DNA of 64,000 bases from assembly GCA_964525995.1 (NCBI GenBank), contig CAZGIM010000005.1:3811-67810 (forward strand), written 5' to 3'. Source of the DNA: an uncultured Prolixibacteraceae bacterium (lineage in GTDB: Bacteria; Bacteroidota; Bacteroidia; Bacteroidales; FEN-979). Below the pieces are notes generated by a model. That model saw only the letters and a program-made list of their open reading frames with translations, was not told where the DNA came from and ran no database searches. How positions within the stretch are numbered: position 1 is the stretch's first letter; each line of letters starts with the position of its first letter. The translations under genes and the position numbers were made by a program. This document shows, piece after piece, positions 8,497 through 18,947 of the stretch.

Positions 8497-10608
8497 ATGA
8501 AAAAATTTGTTTTGACCTCATGGTTGCTCATGATAACGATTCCGGCATTTTGGTCTGTATCGCTGAGCGCAGGGAACAACAACGGAAACAGGGATTCTGA
8601 ACCAGTTAAAACCCCAAAGGGAGAAAGACCTTTGCCTGATTATTCAAAACTTACCACTGAAACCATGATCCCCGGACTGATCCGGATTAAGATACGGGAG
8701 TCGTTTGCAGGCGATCTGAATTCGTCTTCCATAAAACAGAATGGCCAAAGTGTGAAGTTCGGTATACCCGGTATAGACCGTTTGAACAGTGAAGCCGGGG
8801 TTTTTGCAGCAAGTCAGAGTTTCGCAATAGCCCTCAGAGACCGGGAAAACGAAGCCAGGCATCGGAAATGGGGGTTGCATCTTTGGTACGATTTAAGGGT
8901 AGGTGAGGGAGCCGCGCTGAAACAACTCCGAGAACAATATGCCAGTTTGCCTGAGGTAGAGACGGCAGAACTGCTGGTGAAGGCAACCCTTTCCTCGGCC
9001 GATGGGTTGAGAACCGGTTCGTATACACCAAATGATTCACTTTACCCGTTACAATGGCATTATCACAATACCGGTCAGGCCGGAGGAACACCCGGATGCG
9101 ATATCAGTCTGCCCGAAGCCTGGGAACTTGAAAAAGGGGATTCCGGTGTGATCGTAAGCATCATGGACCAGGGAGTCGATTTCCTGCATCCCGACCTGGA
9201 GGCTAACATCTGGCCCGGGATCGGGTATAATTTTTATGCCGACACCTCGCTGGTTGAAGCCTGCCTGCATGGCACCCATGTAGCCGGGACTATCGCCGCC
9301 AATACAAACAACGGAAAAGGGGTGAGCGGGATTGCCGGTGGAGACGGACTGGGGAACGGGGTGCGCATCATGTCGTGCCAGATCATTTCGTCCGAAAACC
9401 AGATCATCGAAAACAATATCCCGAACGCATACATCTGGGCAGCCGACCACGGGGCCGTCATTTCCCAGAACAGCTGGAATTATCCCATAGCTTCGCCTTC
9501 GCTGCTCGATGCCATCGATTATTTCATTGCCAACGGCGGGGGAACGATGTTCAACGGGGGAATCATAATCTGCTCGGCCGGCAATGCCGATACCAATGAA
9601 ATCTCATATCCCGCATGCTACGAACCCTGTATTACGGTAGCTGCCACCTCAAACCAGGACAAGCGATCCTTTTATTCTAATTACGGACCCTGGGTCAATA
9701 TCAGCGCCCCGGGAGGTAACTATTACCCCTTTAACGAAGAGGACATCCTGAGCACAGTTCCCGGCGGCGGTTATGGCTTCCTGATGGGAACCTCGATGGC
9801 ATGTCCGCATGTCTCCGGAGTGGCGGCACTGGTGATCTCAATGGCAAAAGGAAGCCTGGTTCCCGACGATGTAAAAGAAATTCTGCTGAATTCGACCGAC
9901 GACATCAGCTCCCTGAATCCCGATTACGAAGGAATGCTGGGGAGTGGCAGACTGAATGCATACAGGGCGCTGCTGTTCACACAGCAATACATGGACGCTC
10001 AGATTCCCCGACCGCCACAGGCATTCGCGGCCTCAGGAGGTGATAACGGGCAGATAGATCTCACATGGATGGCAAATGCGCAGGCAGACAGCTTGCTGTT
10101 AGCTTACGCGATAAACCCGGTATTCGGAGTTCCGGCCGGTAGTTACCAGGCTGGAGATACAATCGGCGGAGGTGGAATGGTGCTCTTTAAAGGAATAGAT
10201 ACCGGATTTATACACGCCAGCCTCGATAGCGGAAGCGTTTATCATTACCGTTTATGGTCGCTCCGCAATAACCGTTACTCTCCTTTCGGTCGCACAGCAG
10301 CCGACACAGTGAAGTCGTCGCCTTACGGAATATACGACAGGCCGGGGTTAGCCAACGCAGGGATCAGGGTGACACCCAATCCTGTTAAAGGCAGCGCCAC
10401 GCTCTCCTTCATCCTGGAATCACCGGGAGAGGCCAGAATGCTCGTTTACGATCAGGCCGGACGGCAGGTGAGCGATGAGCGGATCTATTTCAACCACCCA
10501 GGCAAACAAAAGCACGTGATTTCTACCGGCGGGTATGTCGATGGAATATACACCGTGAACATACTTGCAGGTTCAAAGTCGCTTAGCGGAAAGATGGTGG
10601 TGATGTGA
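8497..10608 (+). CDS. S8 (subtilisin-like) serine peptidase with FN3-like region and T9SS type A C-terminal domain
   Basis: Catalytic triad motifs IMDQGVD, HGTHVAG and GTSMACPHVSG; C-terminal VTPNPV...GIYTV...KMVVM. Start at MKKFVL (8497), downstream of the promoter, rather than 8350. Confidence 0.92.
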   Translation: MKKFVLTSWLLMITIPAFWSVSLSAGNNNGNRDSEPVKTPKGERPLPDYSKLTTETMIPGLIRIKIRESFAGDLNSSSIKQNGQSVKFGIPGIDRLNSEAGVFAASQSFAIALRDRENEARHRKWGLHLWYDLRVGEGAALKQLREQYASLPEVETAELLVKATLSSADGLRTGSYTPNDSLYPLQWHYHNTGQAGGTPGCDISLPEAWELEKGDSGVIVSIMDQGVDFLHPDLEANIWPGIGYNFYADTSLVEACLHGTHVAGTIAANTNNGKGVSGIAGGDGLGNGVRIMSCQIISSENQIIENNIPNAYIWAADHGAVISQNSWNYPIASPSLLDAIDYFIANGGGTMFNGGIIICSAGNADTNEISYPACYEPCITVAATSNQDKRSFYSNYGPWVNISAPGGNYYPFNEEDILSTVPGGGYGFLMGTSMACPHVSGVAALVISMAKGSLVPDDVKEILLNSTDDISSLNPDYEGMLGSGRLNAYRALLFTQQYMDAQIPRPPQAFAASGGDNGQIDLTWMANAQADSLLLAYAINPVFGVPAGSYQAGDTIGGGGMVLFKGIDTGFIHASLDSGSVYHYRLWSLRNNRYSPFGRTAADTVKSSPYGIYDRPGLANAGIRVTPNPVKGSATLSFILESPGEARMLVYDQAGRQVSDERIYFNHPGKQKHVISTGGYVDGIYTVNILAGSKSLSGKMVVM

Positions 10609-10792
10609 TCCGACAGCATAACAATTTCAATGTTGTGCAACATGACCAGCGGAATTTACAATTTCACGGATGATGAATCGTGGCAGGAGGTTCTGATAAC
10701 CAATCCCACAAAAGTCTGGTCGCCACAAGAACTGATCAATGTTGCGTTTGATCACGATTTTCTTCTATCTTCACTCGGATAAAATATTGAAA

Positions 10793-10823
10793 GAATACCA
10801 CGTGCATCGCCAACAATGAATCC
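10793..10823. repeat. 31-nt dispersed intergenic repeat, copy 1
   Basis: gaataccacgtgcatcgccaacaatgaatcc matches 14095-14125 at 28/31 positions. Confidence 0.6.
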
Positions 10824-10975
10824 TTAAATTTGCCTGGCTAAACACCAACCATTCAACCGCCATCAGCCCAAAAGAAATTCGTTACCAATTTTATCCGTTA
10901 GATCATGGATATTGCCTTCTGACTGGAATTCAAACGCAGTCATATTTTATTGCGTTAATATCGAACGGTTTTTGT

Positions 10976-10983
10976 TATATTTG
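10976..10983 (+). promoter_or_regulatory. -7 element TATATTTG
   Basis: Exact TAnnTTTG about 108 nt upstream of ATG 11091. Confidence 0.5.
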
Positions 10984-11090
10984 TAAATCAACATAACCGT
11001 AGTATATCAGCATTTGGTTATCAGGTGGGTTCTGTCACAAAAGCGCGCTATTGCTGTCAAAGTCGTCATAATAAAAAATCACCGGAAATC

Positions 11091-13187
11091 ATGAATAAAA
11101 CGATCCTCACATTATGGTTGATCTTTTCTCCATTCATCGTTCATTCGCAATGGAATCAGGTAAACGGGCCCAAAGATGCTTTCTCCGGCATTGACTTAAT
11201 CGTCAACGACTCGGTATTTATCCTTTCAACCTCCGGTGCTTCGGTTTATTCAGTCGACATCGGCTGCCACTGGAAACCATTCATGCCGGAGATTTTTTAC
11301 CAATCTGCGATCTTTCACAACAATCTTTATACGGGTGGCGAATATTATCCCGGATACGGGCAGGCACGGCTCCGCAAGCATACTTTTGTCGATGGTTCGT
11401 GGGAACATCAGATCGTATACACAAACGATGTGCTTGTAAAAGGTCTGACGGCAGATGACCACTGTCTTTATGCCGCCTTTCAGCGCAACACCCCCAGCCC
11501 CGGCGACGCCGGATTTGTCTATTCTACGGATGGGGAAACATGGTCGATGCAAAATACCGGTCTCCCGATAGATACCATTTACGGGTATTCCACGTATTAT
11601 GTTTGCAATCTGTATTCATTAGGTGTCAATGATCAGTTTGTTTTTGCCGGCGCCAAAAACGGGGTGTACCGGTCGGACAAAACAAATTTTCAGTGGTTCC
11701 GCACCAGCGAGGGTTTGCCCGCAAATGGACGGGTGGACGCCATAGTGTGTCACGAGAACCTGCTGATTATCGCCATTGGCAACCGGTTTTACAAATCTTC
11801 GGATAACGGGCAGACCTGGGTCTTCAACTTTGAACTGTCGGGTGGAAACACCGTCAACCGGCTCCAGTGCATTGGCGAAACATTTTTCGCTTTAACTAAA
11901 ACGCAGGGACTGCTGATTTCGGATGACATGGGGACAACCTGGCTGCCGGCAAATAACGGGTTGGACAATATGAATGCGCAATGCATCATTAAAAATGGGA
12001 CGACCTTTTACCTGGGCCACGGTACCGGGATATCAAAGGGTCTCAATAAGTGGGAAAATATCAACCACGACATTGTAGTATCTAATGTTCGCAATATGGC
12101 TCAGACCACCGCGGCCCTGGCAGCAGTTGAATTTGACAAGGTTTTCATTTCCACTGACGAAGGGCTGATCTGGGAGAACCGCACCCCTTTTGAAGATTTG
12201 AATGAATATATCTATTCCATTATCAATGTGAACGGATGCTTCCTGTTTTCTGTAAGACGTGAATTTGTTAGCGAATGCCTGAACTACCGGTCATGCGATA
12301 ACGGTGAAACCTGGTCTCTTGTCGCCCCGCTGTACAGCGACGACGGTGTATATAAATTACGCAGCAATGGCAGCAGGGTAGTGGCTTTTGCGAACAGCAC
12401 CATGTTTCTCTCCGGCAATGCCGGGGATTCCTGGAGCGAGATCACCCCTCCGGCGGGTCTGAAAGGTAATTTCAGCGATGTGTTGTTTACAGGAAACGAT
12501 CTGTATGCCGCATTGGAATACAGCGATAAAGTCATTCACAGTGATGATTTCGGTCAAACCTGGCACCTGTGCAATGAAGGGTTGGGGGGTGAAAAAATCA
12601 CCACATTTGGGGAGGCTCCTGGGATGATTTTTGCGACAGGAATCAACAAGATGTTCAGAAGCACGGACCGGGGGGAGACATGGGTTGAATGTGCTCCGCT
12701 GGGCGAGGATGTGAGGGAAGTCATCTCTGATGGCGGACTTGTTTTTGCCTGTAAGAACCGGGAGGTCTATTTTTCCCGGAATTTCGGAGGGAGCTGGACC
12801 GATATCAGTAAAGGGCTGCCGCCATTACCCGATCTGTGGGGTGGCACACTGATGGTCAGGGGCGACCAGCTTTGTTTTGGCACATATACTTACGGAATCT
12901 ATCAAAGAAGCATCGCCAACCTGCCGAATTCTGTAAATGAGGTCCACACCGGCGGGAGATTCGGCTTGTTCCCCAATCCCGCAACCCATTTTCTGACCAT
13001 TCAGCCTTATCATCAGCAGGTTATAGTGAAAGTTGAGATCATTGACCTGTCAGCAAGAGTGATCGAAATTCCTGAAATTAATGGGAACAGGATCTGCCTG
13101 AGTGAGCTGGCCCCGGCAATATATATCCTGCGGATTTTAACTGCTGATAACATGGTTTCCCACGAAATATTCGTGAAAAGACCCTGA
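11091..13187 (+). CDS. T9SS type A secreted BNR/Asp-box (sortilin/YCF48-like) beta-propeller protein
   Basis: Signal peptide MNKTILT..., many SxDxGxTW repeats (STDGETW, SSDNGQTW, SDDMGTTW, SDDFGQTW, STDRGETW) and C-terminal LFPNPA...IFVKRP. Confidence 0.85.
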   Translation: MNKTILTLWLIFSPFIVHSQWNQVNGPKDAFSGIDLIVNDSVFILSTSGASVYSVDIGCHWKPFMPEIFYQSAIFHNNLYTGGEYYPGYGQARLRKHTFVDGSWEHQIVYTNDVLVKGLTADDHCLYAAFQRNTPSPGDAGFVYSTDGETWSMQNTGLPIDTIYGYSTYYVCNLYSLGVNDQFVFAGAKNGVYRSDKTNFQWFRTSEGLPANGRVDAIVCHENLLIIAIGNRFYKSSDNGQTWVFNFELSGGNTVNRLQCIGETFFALTKTQGLLISDDMGTTWLPANNGLDNMNAQCIIKNGTTFYLGHGTGISKGLNKWENINHDIVVSNVRNMAQTTAALAAVEFDKVFISTDEGLIWENRTPFEDLNEYIYSIINVNGCFLFSVRREFVSECLNYRSCDNGETWSLVAPLYSDDGVYKLRSNGSRVVAFANSTMFLSGNAGDSWSEITPPAGLKGNFSDVLFTGNDLYAALEYSDKVIHSDDFGQTWHLCNEGLGGEKITTFGEAPGMIFATGINKMFRSTDRGETWVECAPLGEDVREVISDGGLVFACKNREVYFSRNFGGSWTDISKGLPPLPDLWGGTLMVRGDQLCFGTYTYGIYQRSIANLPNSVNEVHTGGRFGLFPNPATHFLTIQPYHQQVIVKVEIIDLSARVIEIPEINGNRICLSELAPAIYILRILTADNMVSHEIFVKRP

Positions 13188-13511
13188 AAACCGAAGAACC
13201 AATGAGGAAATTGTAGTCGAAGATATCCAGGTGATCGGTGCCTTTATCGTTTAGCTTTATTTTAAAAACAGTACCGCTGTGTGACCCGCTGTTTCTAAAG
13301 AATTGGTAACTTGCAGAGCAGCGCGCCAGGAAGAACAAAATGCCAGAGGCAGACCCCGTGTTGGAGGGGTAAATATAGTTCAGTCCGGTTTTCAAAAGGA
13401 TTGGCTCAGGAAGTTCGGGGAACGGTATTTAATGGAGACGGACAACGTGTTATGATACAAGTGATTCAATCAGACGAAGATGTTCAAATCATTGGACGCC
13501 ATTACAAGGGG

Positions 13512-14006
13512 ATGAAGCTTTATTGCGGACACAAATACATCACATTGCTGTTAATTTGTTTCATTTTTTCAGCATTTTCAGCGTATTCGCAGACCGAAGC
13601 AACTACTGTCGATGGCAAAAAAGTAATCCTGTACCCTGATAGAACCTGGAAAACGCTGGAGGAGGTCAATAAAATGTATAAAAAATCATATGGAGATAAG
13701 CCTATGAATATTTTGAAGATCAACAACGGAAAAGTGGAGATAAGAAAGGATAACGGTGCACTGGTCAGGACCATTGGAAATGGAGATGCTATTGCAGCGG
13801 ATTTTAATCGTGACCAGACGCTGGTGGTTATAACCACGGTGAAGGGTAAGGTGGAGATTAGAAAAGAAAACGGGGCCCTGGTACGGAGTATCGGGAACGG
13901 TGATGCAACCAGCGCCAAATGGTATGGGGATGAGATTGCCATCACTACCACGAAGGGGAAGACCGAGTTGAGAAAGGAGAACGGGGCCTTAATACGAACA
14001 TTTTAG
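13512..14006 (+). CDS. Small secreted protein with three GKVEIRKxNGALVRxIG repeats
   Basis: Signal peptide ending AYS-Q, then an ATTVDGKKVILYPDRTWK segment (DUF3157-like from memory) and ~38-aa repeats that differ mainly at synonymous sites. Start at 13512, not 13311. Confidence 0.75.
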   Translation: MKLYCGHKYITLLLICFIFSAFSAYSQTEATTVDGKKVILYPDRTWKTLEEVNKMYKKSYGDKPMNILKINNGKVEIRKDNGALVRTIGNGDAIAADFNRDQTLVVITTVKGKVEIRKENGALVRSIGNGDATSAKWYGDEIAITTTKGKTELRKENGALIRTF

Positions 14007-14094
14007 GATGTTTTTGATTGCACGGGGTGTGAAGCAGGATACCTTAAGGAATCAAGGCAGGGATTCACTATCGGTTTCCGGCAGGAGCGCGTTG

Positions 14095-14125
14095 GAATAC
14101 CAGGTGCATTGCCAACGATGAATCC
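14095..14125. repeat. 31-nt dispersed intergenic repeat, copy 2
   Basis: gaataccaggtgcattgccaacgatgaatcc; its 3' end can pair with ggattca at 14061-14067. Confidence 0.6.
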
Positions 14126-14143
14126 CAAAATGGAAATTTTTAT

Positions 14144-14605
14144 CTATTTTTCTTTCAGTTTGCTTTGTACTAATAATGCTGTCCATGTTGCAATAACGAA
14201 CGGAGCAGTTAGCGTGATAATTCCGACTTTATCCAATCCATAGTTTAGCAAAACAGATAAGATAATTGCGAAAGTGGCAAATAGAAATCCACACCATTTT
14301 TTCGATCCCAGGGCAATGCCACAAAGAACCGCGTTATATCCAAAAAGGCCGATGTTAATTGCAGTGAGGGGAAGGGCAAGCAGTAGTGCAAATAAACTGC
14401 CAAGCAACGATCCATAAAGAGCATAAATTGCAGCCATACGCGAGTTAACGAGAATAGCCAAAAGAAATAGAATTCCGGTAAGAGCATTATTTTGGAACAT
14501 CACCTGACCAACGCCACGCAAGATTGTTGTAATGTAATCCGCAACAGGAGTGAAAAGTTCGGCAGCTGGTATTTTTCTCAGTTTTCGATTTTCACTGATG
14601 TCCAT
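14144..14605 (-). CDS. Urea transporter (UT family), single-repeat half protein
   Basis: GVGQVMFQNNALTG, GLFGYNAVLCGIA and LTAPFVIATW. Only 153 aa, with an in-frame TGA three codons upstream of the ATG. Confidence 0.75.
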   Translation of the reverse strand: MDISENRKLRKIPAAELFTPVADYITTILRGVGQVMFQNNALTGILFLLAILVNSRMAAIYALYGSLLGSLFALLLALPLTAINIGLFGYNAVLCGIALGSKKWCGFLFATFAIILSVLLNYGLDKVGIITLTAPFVIATWTALLVQSKLKEK

Positions 14606-14772
14606 ATGAAGTCATATTTTGTATTGAGAATTAGAGACAAAATTATAGTTTTCATACGTATTGAACCAACATGGATGGTTATGAACTATATCTCAATAGG
14701 AGGGCACCTGTAAAATGATTTATTCAATTGAACCGAAAGCATATTTCAATTGCTGGTTTGTTTTATCAACAG

Positions 14773-15510
14773 TTAATAAATTTTGACCTTTTGTTCGCCG
14801 TTAGATTTATATGTAATCGCTTTAATAATACCTCCATCCTGATATTCTTCCTGTTTTGTCAATTCCTTCTTTTTATTGTAGAAATATGAAATCTTGTATT
14901 CACTTCCCTCCGTGTATTGGTTTCTGCAGTTTATGGTATTGTCAATATTCCAGATCGCCAGTGATCCTGTGAACTTTTCAGACTTTAAAATCCTGGGGAT
15001 GTCTTCGACCTCCTTGTAAGGATCAAACTGATAACCATCCATGCCCTGATAGGCTGTACCACGATATCCGGTATGCCATTTCTCCAACGAAAACTTTTCA
15101 AGTTCGAACAGGTCATTCTCGAATTTATCTATACGTTTGAAAACATCATCAGTCATTCCCGAACCACAAGAAATTTCAGCAACCTTTCTTTTATATCTGA
15201 ACATAGCCCATTTAATGGGTTTGTTTGCTGAATAATCAATTACATATCTTGGATTACCATCAGGAAAATTAATATTCCATGTTCCCGTTCGATTTCCAGC
15301 GCTATCGTACCAATTCTCAGCATAGGTAACGCCGTCAACCGATAACTCCTTCCACAAACCGACTTTGTTGCCCCGAAAACTTTTGCCGGTCATTTTCGAT
15401 TTTTTATACGTAACAGAAGTGTCATGCCTGATCACTAAGACCTGAGAGGAAAGGGTATTTGACCATAAAAAACATAGGGCAATGAACATTATTTGCTGAC
15501 CGATTTTCAT
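14773..15510 (-). CDS. Secreted hypothetical protein with MORN-variant (YwqK-like) repeats, paralog A
   Basis: Signal peptide from MKIGQQ (15510); GNKVGLW and GNRTGTWNINFPDG motifs. Aligns over its full length with 15591-16340. Confidence 0.7.
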   Translation of the reverse strand: MKIGQQIMFIALCFLWSNTLSSQVLVIRHDTSVTYKKSKMTGKSFRGNKVGLWKELSVDGVTYAENWYDSAGNRTGTWNINFPDGNPRYVIDYSANKPIKWAMFRYKRKVAEISCGSGMTDDVFKRIDKFENDLFELEKFSLEKWHTGYRGTAYQGMDGYQFDPYKEVEDIPRILKSEKFTGSLAIWNIDNTINCRNQYTEGSEYKISYFYNKKKELTKQEEYQDGGIIKAITYKSNGEQKVKIY

Positions 15511-15590
15511 TTTGTTTTCATTAAATCGTTGTACATACAATCAAAATTGTCCGAAACCTATTCGCAAAGCGGTGTGTCAATAAGCTATTC

Positions 15591-16340
15591 TTAATTTTCA
15601 TAATTTTTAATTTTTTCTTTTCCATCTCCCTCGAAGGTAATGGTCCTTACTAACTTATCATCCCTGTATTCATCCTGCTTTTTAACGATCTTTTTCTTAG
15701 TATATAGGTATGATATTCTATATTCACTGCCCTTATCATAGGTGCATTTTCTTCGCACCGTTTTATCTGAATTCCAAACATAAAATTCTCCGGTAAACTT
15801 GTTTGAAACCAATATGTCTTTAATTTTAAGTACTTCCTCAAACGGATCGGTTCTTGTATAGGAAAATACATGATATGATTCACTGCCAGTATTCACGGTT
15901 GAAGCTGAACTTCGAACAGTTTTTTCCTGTTCATATAAATTAGTTTCAAAGGCATTTAATTTCCAGCAAATATCACTTGGAATCACAGAATCACTGATCG
16001 CCTCACCAACTTTCCTGTTATACCTAAATAAACTCCATCTGCAAATACCGTGATCATTATATTTTATTTCTCTGCGTAGTAATCCATTGGAGTAATTGAT
16101 TTTCCAAACTCCTTTCGGGTTACCTGTGCTGTCATAAAAACTTTCAGCATAGACAACACTGTCACGGGTAACATCTGTCCATTTTCCCACTTTGACGCCA
16201 TTAAAATAACTACCAATACTTTGATAGGCAGCATAATTCATGAAAGTATCCCTGCGCACGGTTACATATGTTTGTGAGTGTATGTTTTCTGTGCTTATTA
16301 AATAAATAAAATACAGAATAAAAGCGAGCTGCTTCTTCAT
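15591..16340 (-). CDS. Secreted hypothetical protein with MORN-variant repeats, paralog B
   Basis: GVKVGKW, GNPKGVWKINYSNG; shares KFTG...GSEY(K/R)ISY.Y.KKK with paralog A. Confidence 0.7.
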   Translation of the reverse strand: MKKQLAFILYFIYLISTENIHSQTYVTVRRDTFMNYAAYQSIGSYFNGVKVGKWTDVTRDSVVYAESFYDSTGNPKGVWKINYSNGLLRREIKYNDHGICRWSLFRYNRKVGEAISDSVIPSDICWKLNAFETNLYEQEKTVRSSASTVNTGSESYHVFSYTRTDPFEEVLKIKDILVSNKFTGEFYVWNSDKTVRRKCTYDKGSEYRISYLYTKKKIVKKQDEYRDDKLVRTITFEGDGKEKIKNYEN

Positions 16341-16508
16341 ATTAAACAGATTATAATGCTATGTAAATAATGTTTTTGCGAATATATCTTGTATTGGAAA
16401 ACTATATCGATATCACCAAGCATAATTACCTGCAGTTATATTATGCTTAACAGCGAGAGTTATTTTTAAAAACCATGTTAAGCTTCTGTCCTTCTTATAG
16501 TAAAAACA

Positions 16509-16934
16509 TCATTTCCATCCCGTTATCGTTTTTGTATATCCTCCTCCCATCATGCTTTGTGGAGAGCTTAATATTAATGTAATATGTTCTTTATCATCGA
16601 ATTGACCCGATTTTTCATGGGTTCCATCAATTACACCTTCCTTATCTATTGATACAATTACGTTTTCACCAGACTTGTAATTAATATTTAGTTCACTTTT
16701 GTCATCACCATATGAGATTTCTCCTGAATAATATGTAGTATCTTGAAAAGTCCAACCCGTAGGATAGGGACTCATACTCCAATAATACCCTATAGTTTTA
16801 AAGTTCCATTCACCTACATATTTATGACGATAATCAAAAACACTTTTTTCACAACTGTTTGTTAGAATAGTGAATATAAGGATCATGCAATAAGACAATT
16901 TCCCACATGCCGATTTTAACCGTTCATTTTTCAT
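16509..16934 (-). CDS. Hypothetical lipoprotein
   Basis: Lipobox LTNSC-EK and a KYVGEW lipocalin-like start; lies in the AT-rich islet. Confidence 0.65.
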   Translation of the reverse strand: MKNERLKSACGKLSYCMILIFTILTNSCEKSVFDYRHKYVGEWNFKTIGYYWSMSPYPTGWTFQDTTYYSGEISYGDDKSELNINYKSGENVIVSIDKEGVIDGTHEKSGQFDDKEHITLILSSPQSMMGGGYTKTITGWK

Positions 16935-17450
16935 ATTAATTATTGCTGATATTTTGCGACATGACCAGAAATAGATTTACTTGTTACTTATTTTCTCTAC
17001 TTCCCCTCCCATCATCATTCCACCCTAATAATAAAGAAAAACAAGTATTGCGTTAAATATTTTCATAATGTTTTAATATATAAACATATAACGTTCAAAT
17101 AAACCAACTTCTGTGTTTATCTATAGCCCGGGTTGTTTAAATCTGAATAAACTACAACTTCCATCCCATAAACCTAATCACACCATAAAATTATATAAAA
17201 TAAAATCATATATGACCAAGGACTATAAAAATTTTTCATCCTCATCAACAATAAAAGTCAGAAACCATCCAGCCCATGCAACATAAAGCGTATTAACCAT
17301 AGTACCTCCACCTGGTTTTCGTAAAAATTGATTTGCATTTTCCATAGGCTGCAGTTGGAAAATGGCTAATTTTACCGCCGCAGTTTCAACGTTTCTTGTA
17401 AGGAAAAATTCGTTGCAGGATTCCGCGATTTCCCGATTAATCAATTACAT

Positions 17451-18947
17451 ATGTATACGATTGGACTGGATATCGGAAGCTCGGCCGTGAAGGTCTCCGT
17501 GCTCGAGGTGGAAACCGGCCGTTGCGCCGGTACGGCCGCCTTTCCTGATCATGAAATGGAGATTTCAGCCCCGCACCCTGGTTGGGCGGAACAGGCACCG
17601 CAGGAATGGTGGAAGAACGCCGTCCTTGCCATCCGGAAGGTGATGAAAGAGAACGATATCCGGCCATCTGCCGTTACGGCCATCGGCATCGCCTACCAGA
17701 TGCACGGACTGGTGACAGTAGACCGGAACCTGCAACCGCTGAGACCGGCGATCATCTGGTGCGACAGTCGGGCTGTGGGAAGCGGTAAAACGCTGTTTGA
17801 AAAGGCAGGATCGCAAAAATGCATGGAGCGCCTGCTGAACGCGCCGGGAAACTTTACCTTGTCGAAGCTGCACTGGCTTAAAAAGAACGAAGAATCCCTG
17901 TTCAACAGGGTATTCAAGATCATGCTCCCCGGCGATTACATCGCCCTGCGGATGACCGGCGAGATTTGTACCACCGTAAGCGGCCTTTCCGAGGGCATTC
18001 TCTGGGACTTCAGAGAGAACGCCCTTTCTGGCTTCCTGCTGGATGCAGCCGGCATTTCACCGGAACTGGTACCAGCGACGGTCCCCACTTTCGGCATGCA
18101 GGGACAGATTACCACACAGGCTGCCGGGGAACTCGGATTACCTGCCGGGATCCCGGTAGCTTACCGTGCCGGCGATCAGCCCAACAACGCCTTCTCCCTC
18201 AAGGTGACAGAACCGGGAGAGACGGCGGCCACTGCGGGAACCTCCGGGGTCGTTTATGGCGTGACCGACCGGATGCAGTCGGATCTGCTCTCACGTGTCA
18301 ACACCTTCGTGCACGTGAACCATTCGGCGCAGCGCCCCAGGCTGGGGATATTGATGTGCATCAACGGTACCGGTATCTCCAACAGTTGGTTACGCCGGAT
18401 GACCGGAGTCGAAGGCTACAGACAGATGGACCACATGGCAGCCGGCGTCCCTGCCGGATGCAACGGGCTTACCTTCCTGCCGTTTGGCAATGGGAGCGAA
18501 CGGATGCTCGAAAACAGGTCGCCCGGCGCCGCGTTCATGAACCTTGACTTTAACCTCCACGTGCAGGCCCATCTTTGCCGGGCGGTGCAGGAGGGGGTTG
18601 CTTTCGCCTTCCGTTATGGGATGAAGATCATGGAAGAATCGGGGATGGTGACGAAACTGATCAGGGCCGGACATGCCAACATGTTCCTGAGCAGTGTCTT
18701 TTGTTCCACACTCGCCTCAATACAGGATATCACCCTCGAACTTTACGACACCGACGGGGCCCTGGGAGCGGCCAGGGGCGCAGCCCTTGGCGCTGGATTG
18801 TACCATGACGAAACTGAAGCACTGGCAATGCTGAAATGCATCAAAACCTTCCGGCCCGATCGCGGGCAACAGGATGCGGTTACAGATGCTTACCGGCGAT
18901 GGGAACTGGCCCTGGACCGTCAGACTTATCATGACAAAAACAGTTAA
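17451..18947 (+). CDS. xylB: Xylulokinase (FGGY family)
   Basis: IGLDIGSSAVK, WAEQ.PQEWW, IIWCDSR, AGDQPNNA and TAGTSGVVY; adjacent to xylose isomerase. Confidence 0.93.
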   Translation: MYTIGLDIGSSAVKVSVLEVETGRCAGTAAFPDHEMEISAPHPGWAEQAPQEWWKNAVLAIRKVMKENDIRPSAVTAIGIAYQMHGLVTVDRNLQPLRPAIIWCDSRAVGSGKTLFEKAGSQKCMERLLNAPGNFTLSKLHWLKKNEESLFNRVFKIMLPGDYIALRMTGEICTTVSGLSEGILWDFRENALSGFLLDAAGISPELVPATVPTFGMQGQITTQAAGELGLPAGIPVAYRAGDQPNNAFSLKVTEPGETAATAGTSGVVYGVTDRMQSDLLSRVNTFVHVNHSAQRPRLGILMCINGTGISNSWLRRMTGVEGYRQMDHMAAGVPAGCNGLTFLPFGNGSERMLENRSPGAAFMNLDFNLHVQAHLCRAVQEGVAFAFRYGMKIMEESGMVTKLIRAGHANMFLSSVFCSTLASIQDITLELYDTDGALGAARGAALGAGLYHDETEALAMLKCIKTFRPDRGQQDAVTDAYRRWELALDRQTYHDKNS

